From Adineta vaga (taxonomy: Eukaryota > Animalia > Rotifera): a stretch of 64,000 nucleotides of DNA. Shown here in pieces: positions 51,055 through 64,000 of the stretch (position 1 is the stretch's first letter; the number at the start of each line of letters is the position of its first letter). Where the stretch lies: the NCBI GenBank assembly GCA_021613535.1, contig CP075494.1, positions 7,936,001 through 8,000,000 on the forward strand, in the 5' to 3' direction. The notes beneath the pieces were generated by a model. It was not told where the DNA came from and did not search any database. It was given only the letters and a program-made list of their open reading frames with translations. The translations under genes and the position numbers were made by a program.

Positions 51055-51408
51055 AAAACATTCCATTTCTCTTTTTCCGTTTCTTTTTTCTCTCTGTTTT
51101 GTAAACGTATAACATTTTTTTGTCAGGTATTCATTTTATTGCGTCAAAAATTAATAATAATAATAATTCAATTCTTCCATATATCATTTTCATTGATGTT
51201 TATGTCAGTATTCTATGCCCTGTGTATATATTCATCAATGCGTAACGTAAAATTTTCAGTCGATGTGATGACATATAATTTAATGTTTTTTCTTTATCAT
51301 CTCACATATCGTTCGTAAAGGTTTCTTGAAGTGTATATATTAGTACAGGTAAAAACGAGTGAGGAAAGGGAGTAATTTGACAAAAGACATATTTTTTGAG
51401 AGAACAAT

Positions 51409-52788
51409 ATGGGTGGAATATTGCATCGATCAACAAATCGACGAAATGATGATGATCGGAAGATAAAAATAGATAAGGATAGACGAAAGCGACAACGACA
51501 AGAACAACAACAACAACAACAAGTTGGTGGTGGTGGTGTTTTTGATCTGAATGATTTTTCAATGAGAAATACAAATGAAAATCAAGATCCAAATCTAGAT
51601 TTTATTCAAACGAATGAACTTTGGGAGAATAAATATGATCATGCACCAACAATAAATATCAACGGTAAGATCACATAATCTAATAAGAATACATAATTTG
51701 TATTATGAACATTCTTTTGATTAATAGATCCACCTGGTGCACCACGTACTTATTCTCCGAATTATTCATTAAATCAGAATGATATGTTACTTCATCCATG
51801 GCCATCTTCGCATGAAATGAATAATTCATTCTATCCATTAAATATACTTCAGTCTGTTCCATCATTCAATATTCCTTATGATCCAAATCAACAACTACAT
51901 CCTCAATTTTCGAATACAATCAATGAGAATTCGCCAAGATTGAAATTTGGAGAACGTTCACCAAAAAAAGTACACTTTGCTCCTACACCTTCACCCACGT
52001 CTCAAATCGTTTCAATGAAACCATTAACAAATGCACATTCTTGGCATGAATCACATCCTTCCATGTCTAATCCATCTGATTCAGTAATAAATAAACCAAT
52101 GCGTTTATCGAATCGATCATCTGCACCTCGTTCATCAACAAATTCACGTAAAATCGTTTCATCACAAGCATCCGTTGCAAAACCAATCTATATTGGCATT
52201 GATCACCAAGCAACATTAGCTGAACGTAGTAAACGAACTGTTCATAAACGTCAACGTAAAAATCATGAGGAAATTCCTTCCGACAGATTTATTGTCACAA
52301 ATAATCATCAATCATCACGTTCTCATCCACAAAATCAAGAAAATCAACAGAAACATCATAAACAAACGGATTCTCCTCGTTCTGATCATGAAATGATGCT
52401 TAATAGATATTTGGAAACATTACAACCAAATTTATCTGTAACACAACGTCCAATAACAAAATCTATTTCAACAAATAGAGTAACACAAAATATCGATCAG
52501 ATAACATTTCCTCCTAATGATATCAAGCCATCAAAATCTAGAAATGTTCGTCGACAACAATCAGCAATTAATGGAGAAATTAAACCTTCAAAAAGTCAGG
52601 AGAGTCAACGACAACGTCCTCCAAGTGGATCACCTCTATTCATACAAAATGAATCTTCTAAACGACGTATTGAACACTCACATTCAAATTCATCAATAAT
52701 GCGTGTGTCTCTATCAAAAAAAGTTCAACAACCAAATCCATTATCAACCATAACGCCCCAAACAAGCCTTATTCGTACACGAATATAA
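51409..52788 (+). CDS. Hypothetical disordered Ser/Pro/Gln-rich protein, two exons
   Basis: ORF 51409-51664 with aac g|gtaag donor, acceptor at 51727, then a long ORF to 52788. Starts MGG (possible myristoylation) and contains an RVxF-like KKVHF. Confidence 0.7.
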
Positions 52789-53775
52789 TTACCGAACTTT
52801 TTCTCTCCAAAAAAAAAATAAACTCAATAAAAGTCTTTTTTGTATACGTTAAAATTCCTTGAAAATGAACATGGCTATCAATTTTGTGTATATTTCAACA
52901 ACATTCAAATCTATTACTGACAATTTTATCATACTATCAATTGGTAATGTTACATGATGTTTTCCATCGTTCTGCTTGACTATTTCTAATGATGTACGTG
53001 AAAAAAATTATTTTTGTCGAAGAAAGAAAAAAAAACATTTGATGATATGCAATGATTCAAATTAAATGAAGATGTTTGTGATATAACCATTAGAAAAATC
53101 TGGTGTCGTCTAATGAATCAAATAATTTTTTTGTACTTAGTAATTACATATAAGTTATGTGTATATTTCGTATTTGTCTTTCATCAATAAACAAGCCAGT
53201 GAAACGCGACGCAATAGTCGTAGAGAAGAAGAAGAAAACATAGATGAACTTCTATTTATAATCAATTGATCCAAAGAATAGAGATTATACATCTACTAAT
53301 ATTCGATTATTTTCTCATAGAAATAAAGCAATGGTAAGTTCGAATATAATTACAACATGTTTTAATGGTTGTTTTTAACTTACATCGTAATCTTATTCAA
53401 TCCATCAATGTTTTACATACAAAAGTAAACGATGCACAAATCATTTCAATCAATCAAGATTCACATTTTCGATAGATCAATTCAGCAAAACTTATCTCGT
53501 TGATATGTTTCTAATAAGTATCAATGTAATGAAATTTATTGAAAATTTTCATCGCTTAGTAAAAACGTTTCATTTTTACATTATCCCAATCGAAAACAAG
53601 GTTAGGTTTTGTTTCACAAAATACACACACACATGCATAATAAGCCAAATACTAAAACTAAGGTAAGAAAAAGACGAACAGAAACAAAAGTCTGTTATTT
53701 ATACAAGTAAGAAAACACGCACGCACACTCAAATTTTTTCAATTGCACCAATAAAGTAGAAGAAAATCGATCAAC

Positions 53776-56700
53776 TTATGTACTATCAGTTGATTCTTGT
53801 TCACTATGACCATATTTTGCTAAACGTATAGCTTTAAGACGATTACGTGCTTCATCTAATTCACGTTCTTTTGTTAGAATAGCTTCTTTACATTTGATTT
53901 CTTGTGCAATTCCAGGAACAAAACGTGTAGAAACTTCAAAAGGTTTGTCTTCTTGTTGCATATCAACAGCTTGCTGAGCAGCTCGAACAAGTGTATCTGC
54001 TGCACGTTTAACAGCATTACCAGCAGTTTGTAAACGTGCCATAGATTGACTCATAAAATCAGCTTTGACTTTACAAGCAACCAGCAATGCAGCTGTATTT
54101 GAACTAACTTGTTTTGCACTTGAAATTAATTTTTCTTCGGTGCCATAACCTTGTACAAGTCCATTGGCTGCATCACATAAAACATGACATGCTGATGCAA
54201 CATAACGTGCCTGAAAACAAAAACAATTATACTTTAATTGAACATGAAGGTTTGATGATAAATCTCATTTACAGCTGATATTAATCCTTGAGACCATTGA
54301 CCGTCTTCATCGGAACTTGATTTAGACGAAAGCTAAAAAGAAGAAAAATATATATTGTATTTCAAACGAGAAATGGAAAAGATCAGATGATCACACATGC
54401 ATATAGATCTAAGTAACTCGAGGTAAGTAGAAGCGAAGGAGGCGAAATGGCTTTATGCATGATAGATACGAAGCTTATGGCATAGCTGAAATGAACAATC
54501 GTTTTTGCAATTTTACCACTATAAATTTTAATCGTCAGAATCAGGTGGAAGGTCCTAATAAAATATCATTTAATTAATCATAGTTTGACTTTTATATATC
54601 AATATAACTATCGAGAATGTACTGCATACTCCGATAGTTTCATTCTTTTGTATCGTCTGGAAATCAAAGATTAATTTAGAAGAAGAAGAAGAAGAGCTAT
54701 ACGATTTCCGTGCAAGAGAATATCTTTCGGTAACTATCCGAATGATAATACCTGTACAGTAAGTGAATAATTGTTTCTCGGAAGAAACAGATTTGTGCGT
54801 TTCTAAAATATATTTTATCGCTAAATTATATCTAACTGTTAATATTTTAACCTTAATAATAGTTCTACTTGTAATTATTGATAAAAATAGAAAAACTTAC
54901 TTTGCCCTGTATAACAAGATCTTTCTGAGCTGATGTTGCTGCTGTTATTAATGCACTTGCTGCATTCATGATTGATTTGGCTGCTTCAAGAATTTGTTCA
55001 TCAAAATTAAGATTTTCATTGACTTCCTAGACATACATACACAGTTTAATGAAACGATACAGAAAAGAAAAATCATATGTAACTAAAAATATTCAATTAA
55101 ACAAAATGTCTTCGATTGCAGATAGTCTTGACGAAAATGTTCGATATTTATTCAAGGTCAATGTATACTCAAACAAATCTCTGTGGAATAATTAATGAAA
55201 AGAAAATTTAAATAATCAAATTCTAAGAATTTGATTAAATAATTGTTCCGTTAATCGTCAAAATTTTATGAATAATATCTCAATCTCAATTTTCCATACA
55301 AACAATTGTCTTTGTTGATGAAGATAAATTGTGCAGATATGAGCAATACTCGGTTGAATTATAGATCAAACAACCAAATATCAAACATATCATGACAACA
55401 AATCTGTATTCATCCCTATCAATAAAAAACTGATTTAAATGAAATTTCTAATCACTTTTATTTTTCGACGTGGTTTCAAATAAGATAATTTCATTGCTGC
55501 TGATTCTATTGATTGTGCAGCGTTGAATAATTCATTTTCTGCAATGTATGTCGGATCATCTGGATCAATAAAATCCGTTCCTATTGAAAAATAAATCATT
55601 TCGTTTTACTCTTACAACATTTTATTTCATCTTTTCACCTTTTAATTGTGCAGCAAATTGAACAAGTTCATGTGTTGATTGAGCTATTATTCTTGAATAT
55701 TGAAGTAGTTTTTGTCTGATTTCATTCGATGGTTTTTGAATTAAGACATGAATAGTTTCTAATAATTCCTTATAAGTTTGTACACATATTCGACCATTAT
55801 CTAATGTACGTTGTTGAAGATTTCGATCATCGACTGCATATGCACTTGATTTACAAACAACTAGAAGATCAGATATTGATTTACGACCGAAATTTGCAGC
55901 AACTATAATATCTTCTTGTTGACACGATTGTCCAGCTGAAACAGCTTTCGATGTTGCTATTGTAAACTAAAATTGAAATTGTATCGTTCAATATATCATC
56001 TTCGAATTTTATTCTCTCAATAATTTACTTGTTTTGTTACGCGAATCAATTCTTCAGGTGTTGTACGATTTCCTGGTCGTTGTCCATTGATGTATGTTTG
56101 TAGTTCTTGTGTAATCGCTTGAATTGTACTTTCCAATGCATTCGTTCCACGTTGTGTTTTATCTTCGACTGTTTTTACTGTACGCAATAATGAAGTAACA
56201 TTCGTGACCATAATTTTCGCACATTCTTTCAATTTTTGCATTTCAGGATCGTCAATATTTTTTCCACTTGCCGATTTTGTCACATTGATTAGATTATTTA
56301 AAGCAGCAGCAACATCTTTAATACTATTTACAAGCATAATCTGTGCTTCGCCATCATTAGCGCCCAAAGATGCTGCACCCATTTTCACGACTTCGGCAAG
56401 CTAAAAATAGTTTATCAAAGTTATGCATGTTGAAAACAATACTAATTTTTCTCTTGCTTACCTTTGTTATTGTTCGTACAGCGGCCTGAGCTGCTGATGC
56501 TAATTGTTCTTGTGATGATGCAGCAGCTGCGACTAATGTTTTCGTATCTTCTACGAGTATTTTTGCTGTTTTCAAAATTGCTTCACGATGATCAGCAAAT
56601 ATTTCATCGACATGTTCAGAATGTAATGAACCAGCCGTAGCAAATAGAATTGTTGTATCCTTTTGATTAGAATAAAAAAGAGAATTATTTACAAAATCAA

Positions 56701-59700
56701 TCACACATTTATTTATCCTTACAAGATCAGTAATGATTCCATTAACAGTACTTGCAGCATGAATACAAGCTTGTGTTCCACGTAGACTACTTTGCAAAGC
56801 TGTTAAAACTTGTGAAATCTAAAAGATAGTTTCGAAAAATAGATCATTAATCGGCTCATAAAAACTATTTTCAATTACTTTTTCAATTACTTTTTGACAG
56901 AAACCTTCTAATTCATATTTCGATTTATTTTGTCCTAATTTACCAATTAATTCAATCAGAGCCAAGCCTAAATCTTGTACAACTTTTCGAATACGTATCG
57001 ACAAATCATTTGTTGTTGCTGTTCCAATCGCTCCATATGTTACATTGATTAATTCATTATATTCACGTGTTAATTGATTTGCTAAATGTCGAATATCAAT
57101 TGAATCATTTATTTCTTTGATTGTTCTTGCTAAATGTCTTAAAATTTCTACCATTCGAGTTTGATAATCAATATATTGACCTTGGTTCGTTATTTTCGTT
57201 GTATCTAATGTTGAAATCAATTGACGAATATTTTCACATAAACCATTCATTAATCCATTGGCTGATGATTGTTCTTGAAATATTTGAATTAATTTTTGTA
57301 TTAATTTTATTAATAAATCACTATTTGTATCAACAATTTTATGCCATTGAGTATTTTTCAAATTTCCACCTGCTTCTTTCGTACTTAAGATTAACTGTAA
57401 ACTTGTTTCAACTAATCCTTTGGTTTGTTCTAAGATAAGCATTTTTTCATGTTTATGAATTATATATGACACGTAATTGATTGTATGATGAATGAACGGT
57501 TGTAAATAAGTCATAAATTGAGAAACACATGTACCAATACGTTCCGATTCACATTTCGACGATTGACAGATATTATTGATCAATTCAATGAGAAAATGAG
57601 AACTTGAAGTTATTTGTTCCTGATGAAACTAGAAATATTCATTGATATTATATGAAACATTAGGAATGTGTTTACAAACTTGAACTGATTTATCTGTTTT
57701 ACGTAAGGAATCAACATTCATAATAGCTTTATCAATTTCTTGAAAAAGTCTTCGAAGTTCTTCAACAGCTCGTTCACATTCTTGTTGACCAGGTGTTAGC
57801 TCTCTATTTTGAAATACATATTCAAGAATTGAAAAAAACAACCGAAAAACATTCTGACATACTTAACAGATGTTGCTAAACGTTTGATTGCTTCCGAAAC
57901 ACTCTTTGTATGTGTAGCAAGTTGTTGCCATAGTGAAGCTTCTTTAGAATTAACAATCAAGACTTTTGAACATTCAACAATACGACATGCTCCATCAACG
58001 ACATTTCTAGCAGCAGATAAAATTGGTTCTTGAGATTGACGTCCCTAAAGAACACAAACATTGGTTGTTTGAAATATATTTCCAAATACAACAGTCTTAC
58101 TGCAGAGTTAATCGTTGGTAGTGTACCAGCGAATTCTTTTGACATGGCAAATGTATGAAGTTCATCAATCGACTGAAGTAATGGTCGACTTATCTCCATA
58201 CAATATCGATGATTTTCTTGTGTATATGAACTATCCAAAATCTAGAGTAAACAAAAATAAAATCGTCAGAAAATAGTATAAGAAACTAAAGTTTATACTT
58301 TAATTGCGCGAACAAGTTCAGCAGTTGCATTTGCAACATCTTTAGCAGATTGTACAAAACGTCGTCGAGATACTGGATCAGTTGTATTCGATGATGCATC
58401 ACGACAGATATTACATAAAGATGAAGTATTCTTAGCAACTGTTGCAGCCAAAGTTAAAATCTAAATCAGACAATAAACAAGACTTTTTTTGTAACCAAAA
58501 TCTATTCAATATGAATACTAACATCATCTCGATTGATTGAAGAATTTACTAGATCTGAACATGCATGTCGAATAGCTTCGACTGATCGATTAAATAAAAC
58601 TTGATCAAGAACAGGTGCATTTCCTTTTGTTGATGTCACTTCCGATACACCAATAAGATAACTTGCCTAAAGATACAAATAAAAATCATTGTTTCAATTT
58701 CCAAAATATTCGACGTAATTTACTTGAATCGATGCTTCAGTCAAACGACAGACTGCTTTTGATGCATCTTGAACAGCTCGAACAAATAATTCATGATTGG
58801 TATTTTTCGAAGCACTAGCAATATGTGTCATTGCTTCTCCTAATCGTTTTGAATTTTCCACAACATAATCCAATGCATCAAAATATGTATAATTAGCACA
58901 CGGTTTTAAAACAGGTTGCTGTAATAAATTCTTCAATGCTTCCATTTCTTGAATTGCACTATCGCATTCTGTACGTTCGACTGTCGTTGTAGGTTTTTGG
59001 ACTAAACATGCGGTAATAACATCGTTGATTGTTTCCGTTACCGCTCTAGAAAAAGTTTTAATTGGAAATCGAAATAATCTCGAATAGAATTTACCTTGCA
59101 GCATTTGCTAGTTGATATTTAATATCTTGTTCAGTTGTTATTGGTTCAAGTGAAACAGATTTTGCTCGTTCTAATAATTGATTCGATGATGTATGAACAT
59201 TTTTAAGTGAAACAATTAAACGTGATCGTTTATCATCTTCATGTTGATGACTCACATAATTAATTCCATTATCAATAAAATCTCCAAATGCTCGACTAAA
59301 TCGTGCCGATGTTTTGGCTAAATCATTCGTAGTACCTGCATGTGTACTAACAACTAAATCTGTTGTTGCTTGATTGAGATTAGCAGCAGCACGATTAATA
59401 TTGTCAGAATTAGGAGAAACAGGACCTGATTTACGATCAAAAGGTCCAGCTAATGTATACACATATTCCGTCATTTGTTTAATTGCTTCGTTAAGACAAC
59501 GTTGAGATGGTACATTCGATAGACAAGCATTGATAGCAGTTGAAAGTTCATGATCAATCGTTGGAAGTTTATTTTGTTCCAGAGGAATATGAAGAGCACG
59601 TTGTGCTTCATGAATCAGTTGAATTGCATGTTTTAAAACATCATGTGAACGTTCGATAGTAGAACCTTGCATTTGATGATCCGTTATTGTCGCAACTAAA

Positions 59701-62700
59701 TCACGTGTAGAATTGATAAATCGACGAAGAAGCTGAAACATATCTTGAGTAAAATTCTCCACACTTCTTTCATCATTCTAAAAAACAACAACATGAGAAC
59801 GAAAAGATGATCTAGACAAGTTAAAGATCAAAAATATACATGATTGACAGCATTGAGTAATAGAGCAATGATATTATTGAATTGTTTACAGATATTGACA
59901 TATTGTAATGAACATGTTTCCATCTATTCCATCGCAAAAGAATGAAATACATATGAATGAAATTTTGAACTTTTGCATACCGTTTCATTTGATTGTACTC
60001 GTAAATATCCATCTTTAGCTTGTCGTTTCATCTCATTCAATTCCTTCTCAAGTAATTCACTTGATTCAAGAATCGATTCACCATCTAATACTATTAGATT
60101 ATTTAATTCTTGTGCCTAAAAATAGACATTCTATAAATCGATATAATTTCAAAATCAAATTATCTTACTCGATTGAGATAGATTCTTAGATCGTTTAATG
60201 CTTGAATCAATTGTTTTGAACTATTATTTAAATGTAATGCTTGTGATTGATCATGTACAGTTGGTACAACAATTTTCGCGATATTTGTTAAATGCATTGC
60301 TGGATCAAGAAAATCTTCACATGCATTGATAAGATTATTTTGAAATACATATGAATCAGGTTTAATCATACAAGCACGAATACTTTGTACAACTTTTGGT
60401 ATAAGATCTGCGATAATTTTACATTGTTGAACAAGTTCTTGATGTGAGGATTGATTTTTATTCGTCATAGCTAGAGCAGATGTTGCAGCAATACATTGAG
60501 TTGCACATGATGCACAATATTTTGCGCATTGTTCAACACGTTGAAATACTTTTCGTTTATTACTATTTGTTATTGCTAGATTTGTTGCTGAACGAAGTTC
60601 TTCGACGGCTTTTCTTAATTGATATTGAAGTTGAGTATCATGTGGTTTTGTCGCACAACCCTTAGCTGATTCGACCATTTTCGATGTTGCATCAGCAAGC
60701 ATTTTTGCAGCTGATAGAAATCGTTTCTGTTCATTGGTATTATCTTCAACAGATTCGGCTTGTTGACGTAATGAAGACACAAGTTGTGCTGTTGCTTGTG
60801 CTAGAATTTTTGCTTGCTTTACCATTTCAGCTGCATCACCCATTGAAGAGAATAATCGATCACTAGCAACTAAAATTTGGTCAATCGATTGATCATGATG
60901 TTTTTCCTCATTTTCTTCATCGATTTCTTCGATATCATCCGTAGCAATTAATCGACGAGCAAGTAATTTTGGTGTACCATTTGTAATGGGAGAAAACATT
61001 CGATCAGAATTTGCAGCTGTCGTATCAGTTATTTGTTTGATATGAAGTAAAAATTCATTTAAAGTTTTGCGAACTATTCGTCCAGCATCTGTTAAATCAG
61101 AAAATAAAACTTCCGGAGTCATCGGTGGTAAACAAGATTGAAGAACAGCTTCAATTGAACGAGTGACACTACGAGCAGATTCAATCAATTGTTCTTGACA
61201 TAATGGATTAGATATTGTCGTAGCAACCACCTAAAATTTCACATTTTCAATCTATTCAAAAAGCTTCAAATATATTTTACTTTTGTACAAGCCACTAATT
61301 GTGATGTTGCTAAAGCACATTGTGTTGCTGTAGAAATAATTTCATTGAGTACTTGTTGTTCTTGAACATTTGTAGCAATATCTTTTGCTTTCAGAACATA
61401 TAAAGCAGTTGTATTTGCTACTGATTTTGCTAATGTTAATAATTTCTCTTGATATTCCATGGAACAATCGACATCATTTATTAAACGTCGAACAAGATCT
61501 TGATTGACTTCACCTAGACGACTTGCAGTAACTAAAACATTTTGTCGAGTTGTTGAATCATAATTATTATCAATTAATGTTTGAATATAAACTAATAATT
61601 CATCGAAAATTGTACATAAACGACGTGTTTGATCAGGTAAATTCGTTTTATCATTTACTAAACTTCGATAGACATCCATTTCTTTACAAAATTCATTTAA
61701 ATTATTTGTTATTGTTGATATTGCTGTACTTAAAGAATGATTTGAATCATCATTACGACGATGTGGACTATTCATATCAGATGTTAATATGATAATTTGT
61801 GCAGTAGATGCATTGATTGTCGATAATTCACTTGTCAATAATTGACGACTAACATCTAGACGATTTTCAGTTGACCATTGATTTTGATTACTCTGAAAAA
61901 GTAAATAGCTAATAATTTATAAGTAATGAAAGAAATCAAACCATCATCGACGATAAAGATTGATTTTGTTGATTGAAATCAATTGGTAATTCTCGTGTTA
62001 AATAAGATTGAGCAGTATGAATTGTATTTCGAGCGTTTTCTACGGTTGCAGAAAGAATTGTATTGGTATGATTCGAATGATTATCAGATGATATTCTTGG
62101 TTGTTCCTTGACAAGAGAAAGAGAGAAAAAAATACAAGGTTAATTTGAAGATAAGACAAGTATTGACGATTCAATTACATGAATTTGTGAGATGAAATAA
62201 CCTTCTTGCTGTTGAAGTTGATTGGAAGGATTCGTACCGTCTGAAATAGATGTTTTATTGTTAAGATTAAGTATCATAAAAAATAAATAATGAAAAAAAG
62301 GCGTTAAATTTATTTATTTCGTTATCAAATCTTGTTCAAAGATATAGTGATGTTTAGATGATTATTGGGAAGTGGACATTAGAAGCATGAAATAAGCAGA
62401 AATTTAGCATAATTCTCATTCCTAATACAATTTGCATCTGAAGAAAGCTATCAGATATGTTCAGGGACAAATCTGAATAAGAAATTTGATTGACATTAGC
62501 TGATAAATTATGCGATATTGGTAATCTAACATGTCTGATTCGTCATTTCTATTCTACTCAATTAACATCGATAGGAAAAAAACATATTCAGATTATGAAA
62601 GATGTCGTTGTCACAATATTTTCTGTCAATATGGAAGAAAAAAAAACAATCAATGCAATGCATTCATTCGCTTCTCATTACTCTCAGAAGTCTAATTCTT

Positions 62701-64000
62701 TTAGATAAAAGAATCTTTACCTGAAAATGTTCCACGAATCAATGGTGGTGAATAAACATTTTCTTGATGTACAAAACCTATTTGTGGACGATTTGGTTGT
62801 ATAATAGTCGCTCTAGAAATCAAGACAGACATATTCATATCGTTTACCTTTCTTTTTTCATGAATAACTTACTTTCCTGGTGCGATAATATCTTCGATCA
62901 TTGTAGATTCTTCATCAGCCATTCCGTCACGACTTGCAGTACCTTCTCGATCTTTTCTCTAGACAAAATTTCATTGTTATATTTTAGAAAGAAAACAACA
63001 AGATAATTTCACACTTTTTTCAAAATAATATCAATATAACCAGCAATTAATTGTGAGATTTGTTGACCTTCATGAGTTTGTACTGAATAATAAGCAGTTG
63101 CATAATCTCCAAAATCCTATGTTAATAAAAGTACAAACGTTAACTTTTGATCAAATCGTATTTCTTACCAATGTAAATGTATTTGGTGATGCTGTCCATC
63201 GTTTTACATGTGTTAATGGCCATACTTCTAAGAACTAAACAGATCAAACACTTCCAATCAATCCATGAATGATAAACAAATAGAATATCTTACGTCTTTT
63301 GTTCGTTCATCAACTCGAACAATCGATTCTTTCGTTACACCAAGAAGACGTGGCACAAGTTTATTTTTCCCTGCCATTTTTTCCTGAAAAATGTTTCGTT
63401 TATAAAAAGAAAAGTCTCTTCATTTTTTTTCAAATTTTAATTACTTTAACAAGAAAAAATGTCACACCATACGTTCGTAATGAACGACACAATTGAGTAT
63501 ATTTCACTTTTCCATCAAGTTCCGAAACGTTCGAATGTTTCTTATGTTCCTTCAAATAGAAAATCAATAAAATTAATATCAAATAACTACAAAAGAAAAC
63601 TTACAATAAAAATTTTTCGTTCCGCGTTTTTTGTTTTCGCATATTCTTTTGGTAATAAATCACGTATACTAAAATAATATCAATCATCAATTTCTCTCTA
63701 CGTAATCGGAAGAATCAATGTTCCGACCCACTTTTTCTTTATTGTCTCTAGAATCATTATTTAGAAAAAAAATCACTTGATTACATTAGAAACAATTCTT
63801 TTTGTTTCATTAAGTACCACCAACACCGTTGGCAATACGGGAAAGAAAATTCTAATCAACTGACAAAAATCAAATGTAAGTAGTAGATTATTCTGAATAG
63901 GAATGTTTCCGTTGATTGTAAAATTAACTCGGTTATTACACATTTGTAAAGAAATTTTTTTTTCTTTCTTTGTTTGAAATATTCTAGTACAAACAAATGA
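53776..64000 (-). CDS. TLN: Talin, multi-exon, 5' end outside the window
   Basis: FERM F3 'KNKLVPRLLGVTKESIVRVD', 'DFGDY...YSVQT.EG.QI.QLIAGYIDII'; helical rod bundles; I/LWEQ domain 'LNFDEQILEAAKSI', 'DGQWSQGLISAAR', 'LLVACKVKAD'; C-terminal dimerisation helix. Confidence 0.95.

Noticed and set aside
54415-54455. Spliced-leader RNA or U1 fragment (aggtaagt / acttacct)
   Set aside because: Only an 8-9 nt match, with no leader exon, Sm site or U1 body.
56204-63677. Plus-strand ORFs overlapping talin
   Set aside because: They are antisense shadows of talin exons with no independent gene structure.

Overview
AT-rich eukaryotic (metazoan) DNA with many ~50-60 nt GT-AG introns, densely packed genes and several foreign-looking genes. 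This profile fits a bdelloid rotifer (inference). Left to right: the 5' part of an NWD1/NWD2-like NACHT-WD gene (minus strand); an ~11.6 kb accessory block (5120-16727) sitting between two decayed copies of the NWD 5' region; two tandem SRSF3/7-like SR genes, the second with a candidate poison exon; a DUF4795/QRICH2-like gene; an INCENP IN-box gene; three tandem tRNA-Ile(AAT) genes interleaved with duplicated last exons of an adjacent nucleoside deaminase; a P-loop ATPase; cyclin A; two tandem DJ-1/PfpI genes; a double-domain fungal-type Grg1 protein; a secreted BPSL0067/Tae2-like amidase; centrin; several orphan genes; and talin (minus strand, running off the right edge). The accessory block holds MITEs and an F-box gene whose 13 LRRs are each encoded by one 84-nt phase-0 exon in a 141-bp exon+intron array with a hypervariable di-residue; a decayed DD37E Tc1/mariner sits in one of its introns. 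The best candidates for an undescribed system are this modular F-box/LRR cassette receptor and the deaminase-exon/tRNA array. All family assignments come from motif recognition by eye, not from database searches.
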